Numbered from the stretch's first letter, positions 39,564 to 50,794 are shown. The stretch is 64,000 bases of DNA from an uncultured Spirochaetota bacterium (GCA_964518675.1 CAZFGQ010000009.1:1903-65902), one strand, 5' to 3'. The notes: generated by a model from the sequence alone, not told the origin. A program made the numbers and translations.

Positions 39564-40581
39564 TTTTAGACCTTTTCCCCTTCTTTATTTCTTTTAATCT
39601 GGACACAGGTTCCAGAGTCAGATCATCGATCCTTCCTTCCATCATTTTATGATACCCAAGTCCGGCAATCATTGCTCCATTATCTGCTGTGAGCGGTGGG
39701 CTGGGAAAGTAGACCTCGAGGTCTTTAGCTTCAAGAAATATTTTCTTTACTCTTGAGTTGTTTGCCACACCACCTACCACAGCAACCCTGTTTATTCCAA
39801 AATCCTTTGCAGCCCATCTGACTTTTGTTAAAAGGACATCAGTTGCTGCGGCCTGAAATGAAGCTGCTATGTCCTCAATTGATTCTGGTTTTTCGGTTTT
39901 TTTGAAACGTTTTCTCTGGTTTATCACGGCATTTTTAAGACCGCTATAGCTGAAGTTGTACCTGTCTCTTCCTCCATCAAGGATTACCCTTGGAAAATCA
40001 TACGCCTCTTCCGAACCATTTTTCGAGTAATTTTCAATCTCAGGGCCTCCTGGATATCCAAGTCCAAGAGCTTTTGCCACTTTATCGAATGCTTCGCCAA
40101 TTGCGTCGTCAAGCGTGCTTCCGAGTATCCTGTAGCTCCCTATTTTATCTGCTATTGTGAGGAGGGTATGCCCTCCTGAGATTACCAGTCCTAGCAGGGG
40201 GTACCTTACGTCATTGTTGAAATGTATTGAATAAAGGTGAGCTTCTATGTGGTTAACTCCTATTATTGGGATTTCCAGAGACATTGAGATTGCCTTTGCA
40301 GCAATCATTCCCACAAGTAGGGAACCTATCAGCCCTGGATGTGAGGCCACTGCCACGGCCTGGATCTCTTCATACCTGGTATTTGCCCTGTTAAAGGCCT
40401 CCTCTATAACGTGGTTTATAACTTCGTGATGCCTTCTCGAGGCTATCTCGGGAACCACTCCTGCGTATTTTTCATGGAACTCGAACTGGGTTGCTACAAT
40501 ATTACTAAGTATATTTTTCCCATCTTCAACTATGCTTACCCCTGTTTCATCACAGCTTGTTTCTATCCCCAGAATTTTCAC
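39553..40581 (-). CDS. tsaD: tRNA N6-adenosine threonylcarbamoyltransferase TsaD (Kae1/Gcp)
   Basis: MKILGIETSCDETGVSIV N-terminus and an HxEAH-type metal site (GVNHIEAHL). Confidence 0.95.
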   Translation of the reverse strand: MKILGIETSCDETGVSIVEDGKNILSNIVATQFEFHEKYAGVVPEIASRRHHEVINHVIEEAFNRANTRYEEIQAVAVASHPGLIGSLLVGMIAAKAISMSLEIPIIGVNHIEAHLYSIHFNNDVRYPLLGLVISGGHTLLTIADKIGSYRILGSTLDDAIGEAFDKVAKALGLGYPGGPEIENYSKNGSEEAYDFPRVILDGGRDRYNFSYSGLKNAVINQRKRFKKTEKPESIEDIAASFQAAATDVLLTKVRWAAKDFGINRVAVVGGVANNSRVKKIFLEAKDLEVYFPSPPLTADNGAMIAGLGYHKMMEGRIDDLTLEPVSRLKEIKKGKRSKNGN

Positions 40582-40676
40582 TGATTGAGATTCTCCCCCA
40601 GTTTATTATTCTGAAAAGGATATTCAGGTAGTTATTAAAAGTCAAATATTAATCTGATTGAAGTAACCATCAGTGC

Positions 40677-41570
40677 TTATCTGTGCTGGTCTTTCATTAG
40701 TTCTGACACAAAAACAAGTTCGAATGATTCCCGTTTTAATTCCGGCAATATATCTTTTAAAACCTCTACTGTACTTCTCTTATGGATATGCCCTATACCA
40801 ACTGCGTACCCCCTTTTTTTTGCAATTCTCTTTAATTTCTGTATTTGATAGTATACTTCTTTATAATCATCCTTATTGTCAATAAAGACATCTCTCTTTA
40901 TTGTATCCATGCCCAGTGATTTTCCAATCTTATAGGCTTTTGAATCCGGAGTGGTGAGGCTGTCAACGAAGTAAAAATTATTTTTCTGGAGATACATGAG
41001 AACTGTTTTTATCTGAGTCTCGTTTGCAGTTATATAACTCCCCATATGATTATTTGCACCTTTGGCAAATGGCACATTATCGATCATTCTACTTAGTTTA
41101 TAATTTATTGTTTCAGCTGAGTCGTCTCTCAGAATGGCCCCGGGGCCGGGATTGTGATTTTTATTATCTACCGGATCCATTGGTATGTGGATCATAACTT
41201 CGAATCCTCTATTTTTTATTTCTGTAGCATATTTTTCTGAGTTTTCAAGAAATGGGAGTACGGCGAAGGTGAGCTTCCCATTGAAACTCAGGAAATCATC
41301 AATATTTTCGGAATTATATCCCACATCATCTATTATTATGGCTATTTTTGAAATGACCTTTTCTGGTGGTTGAATAATTTTTCTCGCTACTTCTTTTTCT
41401 TCTTTTTTTGCAGGGGGACGCTCCACGGGTGAAGGTTTTATCTTTTGTACTGTAGTGGTTTTTTTTGTGCTCTCGGTGTATAAAATGAATAGTTTAAGGG
41501 AAATAAGGGAAAAAACAATAATTATAAATAATATAATAATATTTCTATATTTTCCCTTTTTTCTAATCAA
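40677..41570 (-). CDS. Divergent polysaccharide deacetylase (YibQ/DUF610-like), membrane-anchored
   Basis: N-terminal TM, then IAIIIDDVGYN...GANNHMGS motifs of the YibQ family. Confidence 0.7.
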   Translation of the reverse strand: MIRKKGKYRNIIILFIIIVFSLISLKLFILYTESTKKTTTVQKIKPSPVERPPAKKEEKEVARKIIQPPEKVISKIAIIIDDVGYNSENIDDFLSFNGKLTFAVLPFLENSEKYATEIKNRGFEVMIHIPMDPVDNKNHNPGPGAILRDDSAETINYKLSRMIDNVPFAKGANNHMGSYITANETQIKTVLMYLQKNNFYFVDSLTTPDSKAYKIGKSLGMDTIKRDVFIDNKDDYKEVYYQIQKLKRIAKKRGYAVGIGHIHKRSTVEVLKDILPELKRESFELVFVSELMKDQHR

Positions 41571-41928
41571 ATTAATATCCTGATATTATTATTTTTTTAA
41601 TGATAAACTAGATAAAAATTTCTTCCATAATTTAAAAAAATTATTTATAATATACCAGTGAATTATCGGGTAAATGTGCTAAAATTATAGTTGAATCAGT
41701 AATTAGTTATACAATTGAATGGATGTTTCGGAAAACATATGTATCCAATTCTATAAATTTTATCTTGTAAGAATTTTATATTGATACTATTATCATAAGG
41801 TAACGGTATTTCGTCTATTAGAGAATACCAATATTGGTTTACTAAGCATCAGGGTATCTTAAACCATATATATCGCAAGTTAATTCTAGTAATTAATCTT
41901 TTATTAATAAATGTGACTGGAGTGATAA

Positions 41929-42294
41929 ATGATTGAAGATATTAGAAGCAGGTTAAATTATAACTATAAAATGACAGCACAGAAGTTTCGAGAGACTTTT
42001 GTCAATGCTGATAGGTTTGGAACGCCCCAGAGACTTTATGATTCACCTGAGAGAAATATAAAGACTCTGGAGGATTTAATTGCGATTATAAGAGAGTTAA
42101 AAAAAGATAGGAAATATGCAATTGTAGATTCTTATACAGAAAATGATACCATTGTGAAACTTGAGGTAAAAGCTGAGATTTTGATCAGGGATATTAGAGA
42201 TAAGGGATTGCAGGTAGTTGAGCTTGATCCCAATTTTATCAGAAAAGCAAAAGAGATTTTTGACATATACGATAAGGAACTTTCCGGACAATAA
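41929..42294 (+). CDS. Hypothetical protein (121 aa)
   Basis: ORF with an RBS-like GGAG upstream; no recognisable motifs. Confidence 0.45.
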   Translation: MIEDIRSRLNYNYKMTAQKFRETFVNADRFGTPQRLYDSPERNIKTLEDLIAIIRELKKDRKYAIVDSYTENDTIVKLEVKAEILIRDIRDKGLQVVELDPNFIRKAKEIFDIYDKELSGQ

Positions 42295-42561
42295 AAATCC
42301 AGTCAAGAAGGATTGAGGAAAGAAAAAATATTTTATAAAGATATATTAATGCTCTGGTAAATCCCCGGTAATTCTCACATCCACTTCAAAAACTCATCAT
42401 TATATTACCATCTTAATCTAAGTTTATTATTTTTAATAGAAGGATTATTTGTGCATTGGGATGATAATTCAAAGCTTTTTAAAAACAGAATATTTTTTAC
42501 AGAAAATATGTATGTCCTTGGAATATCCTTAGCCTGATCTAATCGGAATATTTGGTTCAAA

Positions 42562-45500
42562 ATGATATCAAGAGAGATTCTAAAGAAATTTAGAAAATGT
42601 GTCTCAATTCCTCCTGAATTATTACCACCATTAAAGGGTGTAGTATATCTTAGCGGTTTACCAGGCACAAGCAGAGCTGTGTTTCTTGCTTCTTACCTTG
42701 AGAAAGTGCATGTGCCTGTCATATATGTTGTTAAAAGCAATCGCGATCTTCAAGAATTATTGGGAGACCTCAGTTATTTTGTTGAAAATGATAGGGTATT
42801 TCAGTTTCCCTCAAATGAAACGCTGCCGTATGATTTTTCAGCTCCTTTAAGGGAGTATGTGTCTGAAAGGGTGGTGACTTTAAGTGCTCTTGTAGAAGGA
42901 AAACGTGGCATATATATAGTACCCGTAAGAGGATTTATAGATCTTTTCATTGAAAAAGAGGTATTTAAATCCGGAATACTGAAGATCAGAAAGGGTGAGG
43001 AATACGGATACGATTCGCTTATCAAGTCCCTGATACGGATAGGGTATGAGAGAGTGGATAGAGTTGAGGAACAGGGAACCTTTTCTGTAAGGGGAGATAT
43101 CATAGATGTATTTTCTCCAGGGCGTGAGTTTGCGTTGAGGTTCGAGTTTTTTGATAATACTGTAGAGTCTATCAGAGACTTCTCTCACATCACTCAAAAA
43201 TCGAAAGATGAACTGGATGAGGTTAGGATTCTTCCAGCTGTAGAAAGTTTTGAAAGTTCTGAGGATTTTAAAATCCTTGAGAGAGGTAACTGTGAAACTC
43301 TTTCAGCATCCAAATCTGGAGATTATAGAGAAGATAAATCTAAAAGTCTGAGGTACGCTTCTTTCTTCACAAAAACACCGGATAATTTTCTGGGTTATGT
43401 CCCCTCAGAGGCGGTATTTATATTCGATTCGTATGAACTATGTGAAAGGCAGGCAAAATTCTTTTTAGCTGAGGCAGTCCGTCAATATTCGGAACTTGTT
43501 AAAAACAATGAAGTCCCCCCTCCAGAAATGGTAGTTGCAGACTTCGATAATTTTAAACAATCCATCAAGGGTTGGATATCAATAGAAACCCTGCCACCCA
43601 GTGGGAATACTCATATCAGGTTTAACATCTCGGAGAAAAAGGGGTATAACGGGAATATCGAGAAATTTAAAAAAGATATAGAGAATTTTTTGAGGAATGG
43701 TTATACGGTAATTGTAGGAGCAGGGTATGATGGACAGACGAATAGGTTGAGGGAAATCCTAAATAATTTTATTAATAGGTATGATAATCTTTATGTTGTT
43801 ACCTTCGATATTAAAGAAGGTTTTATATCTGATGAGATGAAACTTGCAGTCATTCTGGATAGAGAGATATTTAACAGAAAAAGACGATATAAGAAAAAGT
43901 TTCTTGAGGTCCAATCCCAGCCTCTTGGTACGACGCTCGATGTGAAGGATGGAGATTACATTGTTCATGTAGAACATGGGATAGGTATATACAGGGGAGT
44001 TCATAAGCTTAAAACAGGTGAGGTTGAGAAGGATTTTATTAAGATTGAATACAGGGATGGTGATGAAATTTTTGTTCCCGTTGATCAGATAAATCTGCTC
44101 CAGAAATACATTGGCCATGAAGGGAGAACTCCAAGAATAGATAAGATAGGCACAGATACCTGGAAAAAAATAAAGGAACATGTCAAAAAGTCTGTAAAGA
44201 AGCTGGCAAAGGAGCTTCTGGAGTTGTATGCGATCAGGGCCACCCTGAAAGGGCACGCTTTCTCAAAGGATACTCAATGGCAGCATGAGTTTGAATCTGG
44301 CTTTCGGTTTGAAGAAACTCCCGATCAACTGAGAACAATAGAGGAGATAAAGCGGGATATGGAATCCCCGAAACCAATGGACAGATTGGTCTGTGGAGAT
44401 GTTGGTTTTGGCAAGACCGAGGTCGCTATAAGAGCTGCTTTCAAAGCCGTTATGGATGGGAAGCAGGTTGCTGTACTGGTTCCAACAACAGTTCTTGCAG
44501 AGCAGCATCTAAATACTTTTAGGGAAAGGTTTTCTCTTTACCCAATAAATGTAGAAATGCTGTCGCGTTTTAAATCTCCAAAAGAGCAAAAGATAATAAT
44601 ACAGAACCTTGCAAATGGTCTGATAGATGTGGTAATTGGCACTCATCGATTACTCCAGAAGGATGTAAAGTTCAAGGATCTTGGGCTTGTAATTATAGAT
44701 GAAGAACAGAGATTCGGTGTTGAGCATAAGGAACATTTCAAGAAATTGAGAAAACAGGTAGATGTGATTACAATGACAGCTACTCCAATACCAAGAACAC
44801 TTTACATGTCAATGACGAAGATCAGGGATATGAGTATAATTGAAACTCCTCCGCACGATAGGGTTCCGATTGAGACATATGTGATGGAGGAAAACGAGGA
44901 GGTGATAGTTCAGGCTATCAGGCGAGAGGTGGATAGGGGAGGACAGGTTTACTATGTCCACAACAGGATTAAGACCATTCATGAAAAGGCCGAGCAGTTG
45001 CGGAAGCTTCTACCCGATGTGTCGATAGAGGTTGCACATGGAAGAATGGATGAGAAAGAACTTGAAGAGGTTATGCAGGCTTTTTACAACATGGAATTCC
45101 AGGTACTTGTGAGCACAACAATCATTGAATCGGGCCTCGATATTCCCAATGTCAATACTATTATTATAGAGCGGGCGGATAGATTTGGATTGTCACAGCT
45201 GTATCAGCTCAGAGGGAGGGTTGGCAGGAGCAGACGTAAGGCATATGCATATTTACTGTACCCAAAGGGAAAAGAGATGAATGAGAATGCGGAAAGAAGA
45301 CTTGCTGTAATTAATGATTATACACACCTCGGGGCTGGATTTTCGATTGCAATGAAGGATCTTGAAATAAGGGGAGCGGGTAATATTCTTGGTAGGGAAC
45401 AGCACGGGGATATGCTGGCGGTAGGTTTTGAGATGTATGTTAAGTTGCTCGATGAGGCTATCAGAGAGCTCAAAGAAGGACCGGAGTATGAGCGTGAAAT

Positions 45501-45948
45501 AGAACCTCATATAGATCTTGAATACCGGGGGTACATTCCTGAAAGCTATATTGAAAGCGAAAGGCTCAGGATTGAGATGTATAAGCGTATGGCCCAACTG
45601 AGAAATCATGATGAGATGCTTGATTTGAAGGAAGAGATGAGGGATAGATTTGGACCATTGCCTCCAGAAGTGTATGAGTTATTCAATATCCTAAAATTAA
45701 AGCTTCTCTGTAAGGATGTTGGAGTAAAGGCCATTCACAGCAGAGATGGCTATCTTCAGCTAACATTTGAAAAGAGCAAGGTTGATATAATTTCTCTTAT
45801 ACAGAAGATAGCTAAGGATAGAAAGCTGTTCAGGATATCTCCCGAAGATTATAATAATCTGATCATAAATAGAAGCTTTAATGATAATGTAGAGATGTAC
45901 GATTTCCTGAGGGAGTTGTTTGATTATGAAGAGACAAGAAGAATTTGA
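42562..45948 (+). CDS. mfd: Transcription-repair coupling factor Mfd
   Basis: UvrB-homology N-domain, RNAP-interacting domain, DEEQRFGV helicase motif II, TRG motif; 1128 aa. Confidence 0.95.
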   Translation: MISREILKKFRKCVSIPPELLPPLKGVVYLSGLPGTSRAVFLASYLEKVHVPVIYVVKSNRDLQELLGDLSYFVENDRVFQFPSNETLPYDFSAPLREYVSERVVTLSALVEGKRGIYIVPVRGFIDLFIEKEVFKSGILKIRKGEEYGYDSLIKSLIRIGYERVDRVEEQGTFSVRGDIIDVFSPGREFALRFEFFDNTVESIRDFSHITQKSKDELDEVRILPAVESFESSEDFKILERGNCETLSASKSGDYREDKSKSLRYASFFTKTPDNFLGYVPSEAVFIFDSYELCERQAKFFLAEAVRQYSELVKNNEVPPPEMVVADFDNFKQSIKGWISIETLPPSGNTHIRFNISEKKGYNGNIEKFKKDIENFLRNGYTVIVGAGYDGQTNRLREILNNFINRYDNLYVVTFDIKEGFISDEMKLAVILDREIFNRKRRYKKKFLEVQSQPLGTTLDVKDGDYIVHVEHGIGIYRGVHKLKTGEVEKDFIKIEYRDGDEIFVPVDQINLLQKYIGHEGRTPRIDKIGTDTWKKIKEHVKKSVKKLAKELLELYAIRATLKGHAFSKDTQWQHEFESGFRFEETPDQLRTIEEIKRDMESPKPMDRLVCGDVGFGKTEVAIRAAFKAVMDGKQVAVLVPTTVLAEQHLNTFRERFSLYPINVEMLSRFKSPKEQKIIIQNLANGLIDVVIGTHRLLQKDVKFKDLGLVIIDEEQRFGVEHKEHFKKLRKQVDVITMTATPIPRTLYMSMTKIRDMSIIETPPHDRVPIETYVMEENEEVIVQAIRREVDRGGQVYYVHNRIKTIHEKAEQLRKLLPDVSIEVAHGRMDEKELEEVMQAFYNMEFQVLVSTTIIESGLDIPNVNTIIIERADRFGLSQLYQLRGRVGRSRRKAYAYLLYPKGKEMNENAERRLAVINDYTHLGAGFSIAMKDLEIRGAGNILGREQHGDMLAVGFEMYVKLLDEAIRELKEGPEYEREIEPHIDLEYRGYIPESYIESERLRIEMYKRMAQLRNHDEMLDLKEEMRDRFGPLPPEVYELFNILKLKLLCKDVGVKAIHSRDGYLQLTFEKSKVDIISLIQKIAKDRKLFRISPEDYNNLIINRSFNDNVEMYDFLRELFDYEETRRI

Positions 45949-47104
45949 ACATGAGTACATGGGTCGGATAGAGAAATTGAGGAAAAGGCTGGAAAAAAGC
46001 GATGTGGAGATATCACTGATTGTTCAAAATGTGGATAGATTTTATTTTACCGGAACAATACAGGATGGTGTTTTACTTTTACCCCGCGAAGGAGAGCCTG
46101 TTCTTTTTATCCGGAGATCTTATGAGAGGGCTAATGAGGAGTGCTATTTAAAAAATGTTGTAAAGATACGGGGATTCAAGGATATACATGAATATATTCT
46201 GGATAATAATCTGAAACATGGTGTTATAGGTGTAGAAATGGATACAGTTCCCGTGTCAATCTTCAACAGGTTGAGGTATTTTTTTGATAAATCTGTTTTT
46301 CGGGATATCTCGGAAGAGATTAAAGATTTAAGAATGATAAAATCTGATATTGAGCAGATGTTTCTTTTTGAAGCCGGGGCGAGAATCGATACGGTGCTCG
46401 ATGAGTTGAGCCTTTCAATCAGTGATAGTATTACGGAGTATGAGATACACCGAATATTGACTGAAACCCTGGTTAGATCGGGCTCACTTCAGTATGGGAG
46501 AGTTAGAGCATTCAACATGGAAGTGATCTCCAATTATGTGATGTGTGGGGAGAATGCTACGAGGCTATCGTTTTTGAACTCAGCCTCAGCTGGAGGCAAG
46601 GGTATATCACGTGCCTTTCCTGCTGGTGCGAGTTTTGATAAAATCCAGAAGGGAAAACCCCTGCTGGTCGACATGCTTTACAATTTTGAGGGATATTTCT
46701 GTGATTGCACGAGAATATTCTCCATTGGGAAACCTGAAAATCGTTTCTTAAAGGCCCACGAACAGTCAATTAGAATCCATGAAATTTTTAAAGAGGGAGT
46801 AGAGAGAGGTTTTAGTATTAAAGGTATATGGGACGATGCAATGGAACTTGTTAAAGAGGAGAATCTTGAAAATAATTTTATGCCTGGTCTTGGTTTTTTT
46901 GGACATGGGATTGGCCTTGAGCTTGATGAGAAACCTTTTATCCATCCTGAAAACCTCGAGAATATTTTGGATGGTTCTGTTGTTGCTCTTGAACCAAAGT
47001 TCATATTTGATGATGGTGTAGTTGGTGTCGAAAATACATATGTGATAAGAAATGGGAGCGCTGTGTCAACAACCACTCTTGATGAAAATATATGGATACT
47101 TTAG
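45926..47104 (+). CDS. Xaa-Pro aminopeptidase / M24 family metallopeptidase
   Basis: Creatinase_N-like N-domain and a C-terminal pita-bread fold with HGIGLELDE. Overlaps the mfd stop; the track ORF begins at TTG 45920. Confidence 0.85.
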   Translation: MKRQEEFEHEYMGRIEKLRKRLEKSDVEISLIVQNVDRFYFTGTIQDGVLLLPREGEPVLFIRRSYERANEECYLKNVVKIRGFKDIHEYILDNNLKHGVIGVEMDTVPVSIFNRLRYFFDKSVFRDISEEIKDLRMIKSDIEQMFLFEAGARIDTVLDELSLSISDSITEYEIHRILTETLVRSGSLQYGRVRAFNMEVISNYVMCGENATRLSFLNSASAGGKGISRAFPAGASFDKIQKGKPLLVDMLYNFEGYFCDCTRIFSIGKPENRFLKAHEQSIRIHEIFKEGVERGFSIKGIWDDAMELVKEENLENNFMPGLGFFGHGIGLELDEKPFIHPENLENILDGSVVALEPKFIFDDGVVGVENTYVIRNGSAVSTTTLDENIWIL

Positions 47105-47215
47105 GTAAACTGTACGATCCTGGTTTAAAAATACATTGTCCACTGATAGTTATAGTTGTTAGATTATCATTAAAGTAAAAACATTTTATCAATAATGAAA
47201 AGGCAAGGTATAGAG

Positions 47216-47848
47216 ATGAAAAAACTAATTTTCTTATTTACGGCGCTGGGAATATTAATTGGCGTATTTCTCGGATGGTATTTATTTAATTCTCCGACGG
47301 TATTAATCGCAGATGAAGAGGGGTTTGTAATAGCCCAGGCTGTTAAGAATGGTTCGGGGCAATGGGTAGCAAAGATTGACAATACAGTAATTACACTCGA
47401 TAAGTTCAGAAGGGAATTCAGAGTTCACGTATACTCACTTCCTCTCAGCGAAGAACAGAAGAAAAAGTATGAATCGGATGAGGCAAATAAGAAAAAATTC
47501 CTTATAAATCTTATAAATGAATACCTTGTATACAATAAGGCTATAAGAGAGGGATATGATAAAAAGCCGTTTGTGAAAGATCTCCTTGATGCTGTTCGCA
47601 GGAGAGCAATCATCCAGGTGTATTTGAATGATAAAATAGAACCGAGACTGAAAGAAATACCCGAGGAACAGATAGAGGCAATATATAATCAGAATAAGAA
47701 GTTGTTTGCCGGTGTTGATTTTGATGTGGCCCAGCAGCAAATAAGAATGCAGCTTCTTCAGAGACAGTATAATGAACTTCTCAATGAAATAATTGATGAA
47801 CTTAAGGGTGAGGCAAAAGTTATCAGAAACGATAATGTAAAGCTTTAA
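47216..47848 (+). CDS. Secreted/membrane-anchored SurA-N-terminal-domain-like chaperone protein (no PPIase domain)
   Basis: N-terminal TM/signal. Helical domain with a pattern similar to SurA/PpiD N-domains. The track ORF begins at 47195; ATG 47216 has better RBS context. Confidence 0.45.
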   Translation: MKKLIFLFTALGILIGVFLGWYLFNSPTVLIADEEGFVIAQAVKNGSGQWVAKIDNTVITLDKFRREFRVHVYSLPLSEEQKKKYESDEANKKKFLINLINEYLVYNKAIREGYDKKPFVKDLLDAVRRRAIIQVYLNDKIEPRLKEIPEEQIEAIYNQNKKLFAGVDFDVAQQQIRMQLLQRQYNELLNEIIDELKGEAKVIRNDNVKL

Positions 47849-48102
47849 ATTATTTTATTATTAAAATCTGATAACTTTAAAATAAATAAAATCCTATAAT
47901 CCCGGTATTATATTTAGATTTCCTTCCTGTAGTTTTCTCTTTTATTGTACCTGGAATAATTCTATCTTAAGAGAAACTGGTTTGTGTCCAGTGTTGGGAT
48001 GGCGGTTTATCATTGGTTTATTTTAAACAGTGAATAAAAAATATTTTAGTTCTGGACTTTTATGGGGGATATATTCCAAAGTGGTCTAAAAGGGAGATCT
48101 GG

Positions 48103-49806
48103 ATGTCAGTAGATATCAGGGGTATAATTTCAGAGAGAATTTCAGAGATTCTTGATGTTCCGCGGGATCTTTTGAGGGAGATAATTGAGGTACCGCCTAA
48201 TAGAAATTATGGCGATTATGCATTTCCATGTTTCAGGTTTGCTCAGCAATATAAAAAATCTCCTCCAGATATTGCGAGTATTTTCGAAAAGAAGCTTGTG
48301 GAAAATATTTCCCGGCTAAAAGAAATTTCATCTGTCAAAGCTGTGGGGCCTTATCTTAATATTTTTCTTGATAGGAGTTTCATCTCTGATAGGATAGTGG
48401 CAGAAATCCTTGAGAAGGATTTCAGTATAAGCTCTAAAGGATTGGGGAAGACGGTAGTTATAGATTATTCCTCGCCAAATGTGGCTAAACCCTTTGGTAT
48501 AGGGCATCTGCGATCAACTGTTATCGGGAATTCACTGAAAAATATATTCAGTTTCCTTGGTTACAGGGTTATAGGAATTAATCATCTTGGTGACTGGGGT
48601 ACACAGTTCGGGAAGTTAATTACTGCATATAAAAATTGGGGTGATGAAGACAAACTCTCAGAGAATCCGGTGGAATACCTTTATCAATTATATGTTAGAT
48701 TTCACAGGGAAGCAGAGAATAACCCAGAGCTGGAAGAAGATGCGAGGATGTGGTTTAAAAAGCTTGAGGAGGGTGATTCTGAGGCACGTTCATTGTGGAG
48801 AAGGTTTAGAGAGCTCAGTATAGAGGAGTTTAAAAGGATATATTCGAGACTGGGAGTTGATTTCGATTATTATACAGGCGAGAGTTTTTATGAACCAATG
48901 CTTGGAAAAGTTGTAGAAATGATTAAAAACAGTGAGATTTCAGAGTTGAGTGATGGAGCACTGATAGTTCCCCTTGAGGACATGCCCCCTGCACTTATTC
49001 AAAAAAAAGATGGTGCTACTCTGTATCTTACCCGCGATATTGCTGCTGCGGTTTACAGGTATGAGCAGTACAGGTTTGATCTTGCCCTTTATGTTGTGGG
49101 AGCTCCACAGAGCTTGCATTTTAAACAACTCTTTTCTGTGCTTAAAAAACTCGGTTATGAATGGTACAGAAACTGTCACCATGTACCTTTCGGACATATT
49201 AGATTTGAAGATGAAAGCATGAGCACAAGAAAGGGTAATATTATTTTACTTGAAGAGGTCCTAAACAAGGCGGTTGATCTGGCGTTGAAAATAATAGAAG
49301 AAAAAAATCCTTCTCTTGAAAATAAGAGCGAAATTGCAGAGGCAGTTGGTATTGGGGCTGTGATTTTTAATGATCTTAAAAACAGTAGAATAAAAGACAT
49401 TGTATTTAGATGGGATGAGGTTCTCAACTTCGATGGTGAAACGGGGCCGTATGTTCAGTATACGTATGCAAGGATCAGGAGTCTTTTGGCCAAATATAAC
49501 CTTGAGTATGGTGTTCCTCTCTACAGAGAAGGGCTGAGATTTGGTGAAGAGGTATATCCGATTGTATTTTTACTGAATCAGTTTGAGGATGTTGTATTGA
49601 GGGCTGCCTCTGAGTTTGAACCAAGTATAATATCAAGATTTGTCCTGGATGTGTGTTCAGAATTCAATTCTTTCTACAATAAGTATCGTGTTATCGGGGA
49701 AGAGAGCGATGTATCCCTGACAAGGGCTCTTGTTGTTAAGGGGGTTGAAAAAATATTGTATAATTCGCTTAACATGCTGGGAATTAAACCTGTGGAGAAT
49801 ATGTAG
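48103..49806 (+). CDS. argS: Arginyl-tRNA synthetase
   Basis: Arg_tRNA_synt_N domain, class I HIGH-like (PNVAKPFGIGHLRS) and a DALR anticodon-binding domain. Confidence 0.95.
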   Translation: MSVDIRGIISERISEILDVPRDLLREIIEVPPNRNYGDYAFPCFRFAQQYKKSPPDIASIFEKKLVENISRLKEISSVKAVGPYLNIFLDRSFISDRIVAEILEKDFSISSKGLGKTVVIDYSSPNVAKPFGIGHLRSTVIGNSLKNIFSFLGYRVIGINHLGDWGTQFGKLITAYKNWGDEDKLSENPVEYLYQLYVRFHREAENNPELEEDARMWFKKLEEGDSEARSLWRRFRELSIEEFKRIYSRLGVDFDYYTGESFYEPMLGKVVEMIKNSEISELSDGALIVPLEDMPPALIQKKDGATLYLTRDIAAAVYRYEQYRFDLALYVVGAPQSLHFKQLFSVLKKLGYEWYRNCHHVPFGHIRFEDESMSTRKGNIILLEEVLNKAVDLALKIIEEKNPSLENKSEIAEAVGIGAVIFNDLKNSRIKDIVFRWDEVLNFDGETGPYVQYTYARIRSLLAKYNLEYGVPLYREGLRFGEEVYPIVFLLNQFEDVVLRAASEFEPSIISRFVLDVCSEFNSFYNKYRVIGEESDVSLTRALVVKGVEKILYNSLNMLGIKPVENM

Positions 49807-49928
49807 GGTGAATATATGGTAATTGATAATAGCTTCATCAAAATCATACTTGTTTATTATTCTTAGGTGGTATATTATTATTTATGTATGGGTTTAATTA
49901 AAATAGGCGTGCCTGTGAGATTTTAAAA

Positions 49929-50513
49929 ATGATACCTGTAAAGTTTGATCAGCTTTTGTTTTCAAATATGGGATTTGTGATACTCCTCAAAGAGGAAGAG
50001 GGGAGAACTCTACCCATATTCATAGGCGCTGCTGAAGCAAGGGCTATAGCCCTGTATATGAAAAAAATTGTAACTCCAAGACCGCTTACACATGACCTTT
50101 TGAAAAATATCCTTGATTATCTCGAGTGTAGAATAAAGAGAGTAGAGGTATGTGACCTTAAAGAAGGCACATTCTATGCAAAGCTCATTTTGGAAAGAGA
50201 CGGTATAGAAATGGAGATTGATTCCAGGCCAAGTGATGCAATTGCTCTTGCCCTTCTTGCCTCTGCCCCTATCTTTGTGGCAGAAAGCGTGATGGATGAA
50301 GCAGGTGGTGTTTCTTTTGCCGGGCTTGAAACTGAAATTGCAGAGCAGAAACCCGCAGATCAAAAACCCAATGAAGAAGAAGCCGAACATGACCAGCTTA
50401 CAAAGTTGAAGAAAGAACTTGAGAAGGCTGTTGAAGAAGAAAGATATGAGGATGCAGCCAGGATTAAGAAAGAGATCGAACGCCTTGAGGGTTATAAAAA
50501 GACTGACAACTAG
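49929..50513 (+). CDS. Bifunctional nuclease (BFN/DUF151) domain protein with a C-terminal UVR domain
   Basis: N-terminal BFN fold motifs (PIFIGAAEA, SRPSDAIALA). C-terminal UvrB/C-type helical hairpin (ERYEDAARIKKEIERLEG). Confidence 0.8.
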   Translation: MIPVKFDQLLFSNMGFVILLKEEEGRTLPIFIGAAEARAIALYMKKIVTPRPLTHDLLKNILDYLECRIKRVEVCDLKEGTFYAKLILERDGIEMEIDSRPSDAIALALLASAPIFVAESVMDEAGGVSFAGLETEIAEQKPADQKPNEEEAEHDQLTKLKKELEKAVEEERYEDAARIKKEIERLEGYKKTDN

Positions 50514-50764
50514 TATTTTATAGTTTCAAACACATCATTTACATTCCTTTTCTAAAAATATCCTCACCTAATAAATACTATATCCCTTCTACCAGTGTTA
50601 TCTGATTGATGCTTTATACTAATTATCTGACCATGGGCTATTCGGAGAAAATAGAGTCAGCGTTTACGGATGCTGCTGATTTTTTTGATAGAGCCTGAAA
50701 TATCTTTCGGGTCTCAAAAGTATCGTTTTTTCTTGGAAACATGAAGATCAAATTATTTCATACG

Positions 50765-50794
50765 TTAAAGTTATAAACTTATGTTGCCGATAAG
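50765..50794 (+). promoter_or_regulatory. Sigma-28 (FliA)-type promoter: TAAA - 16 nt - GCCGATAA, ~225 nt upstream of flaB1
   Basis: Exact -10 octamer GCCGATAA plus a TAAA -35 element at near-consensus spacing. Confidence 0.5.
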
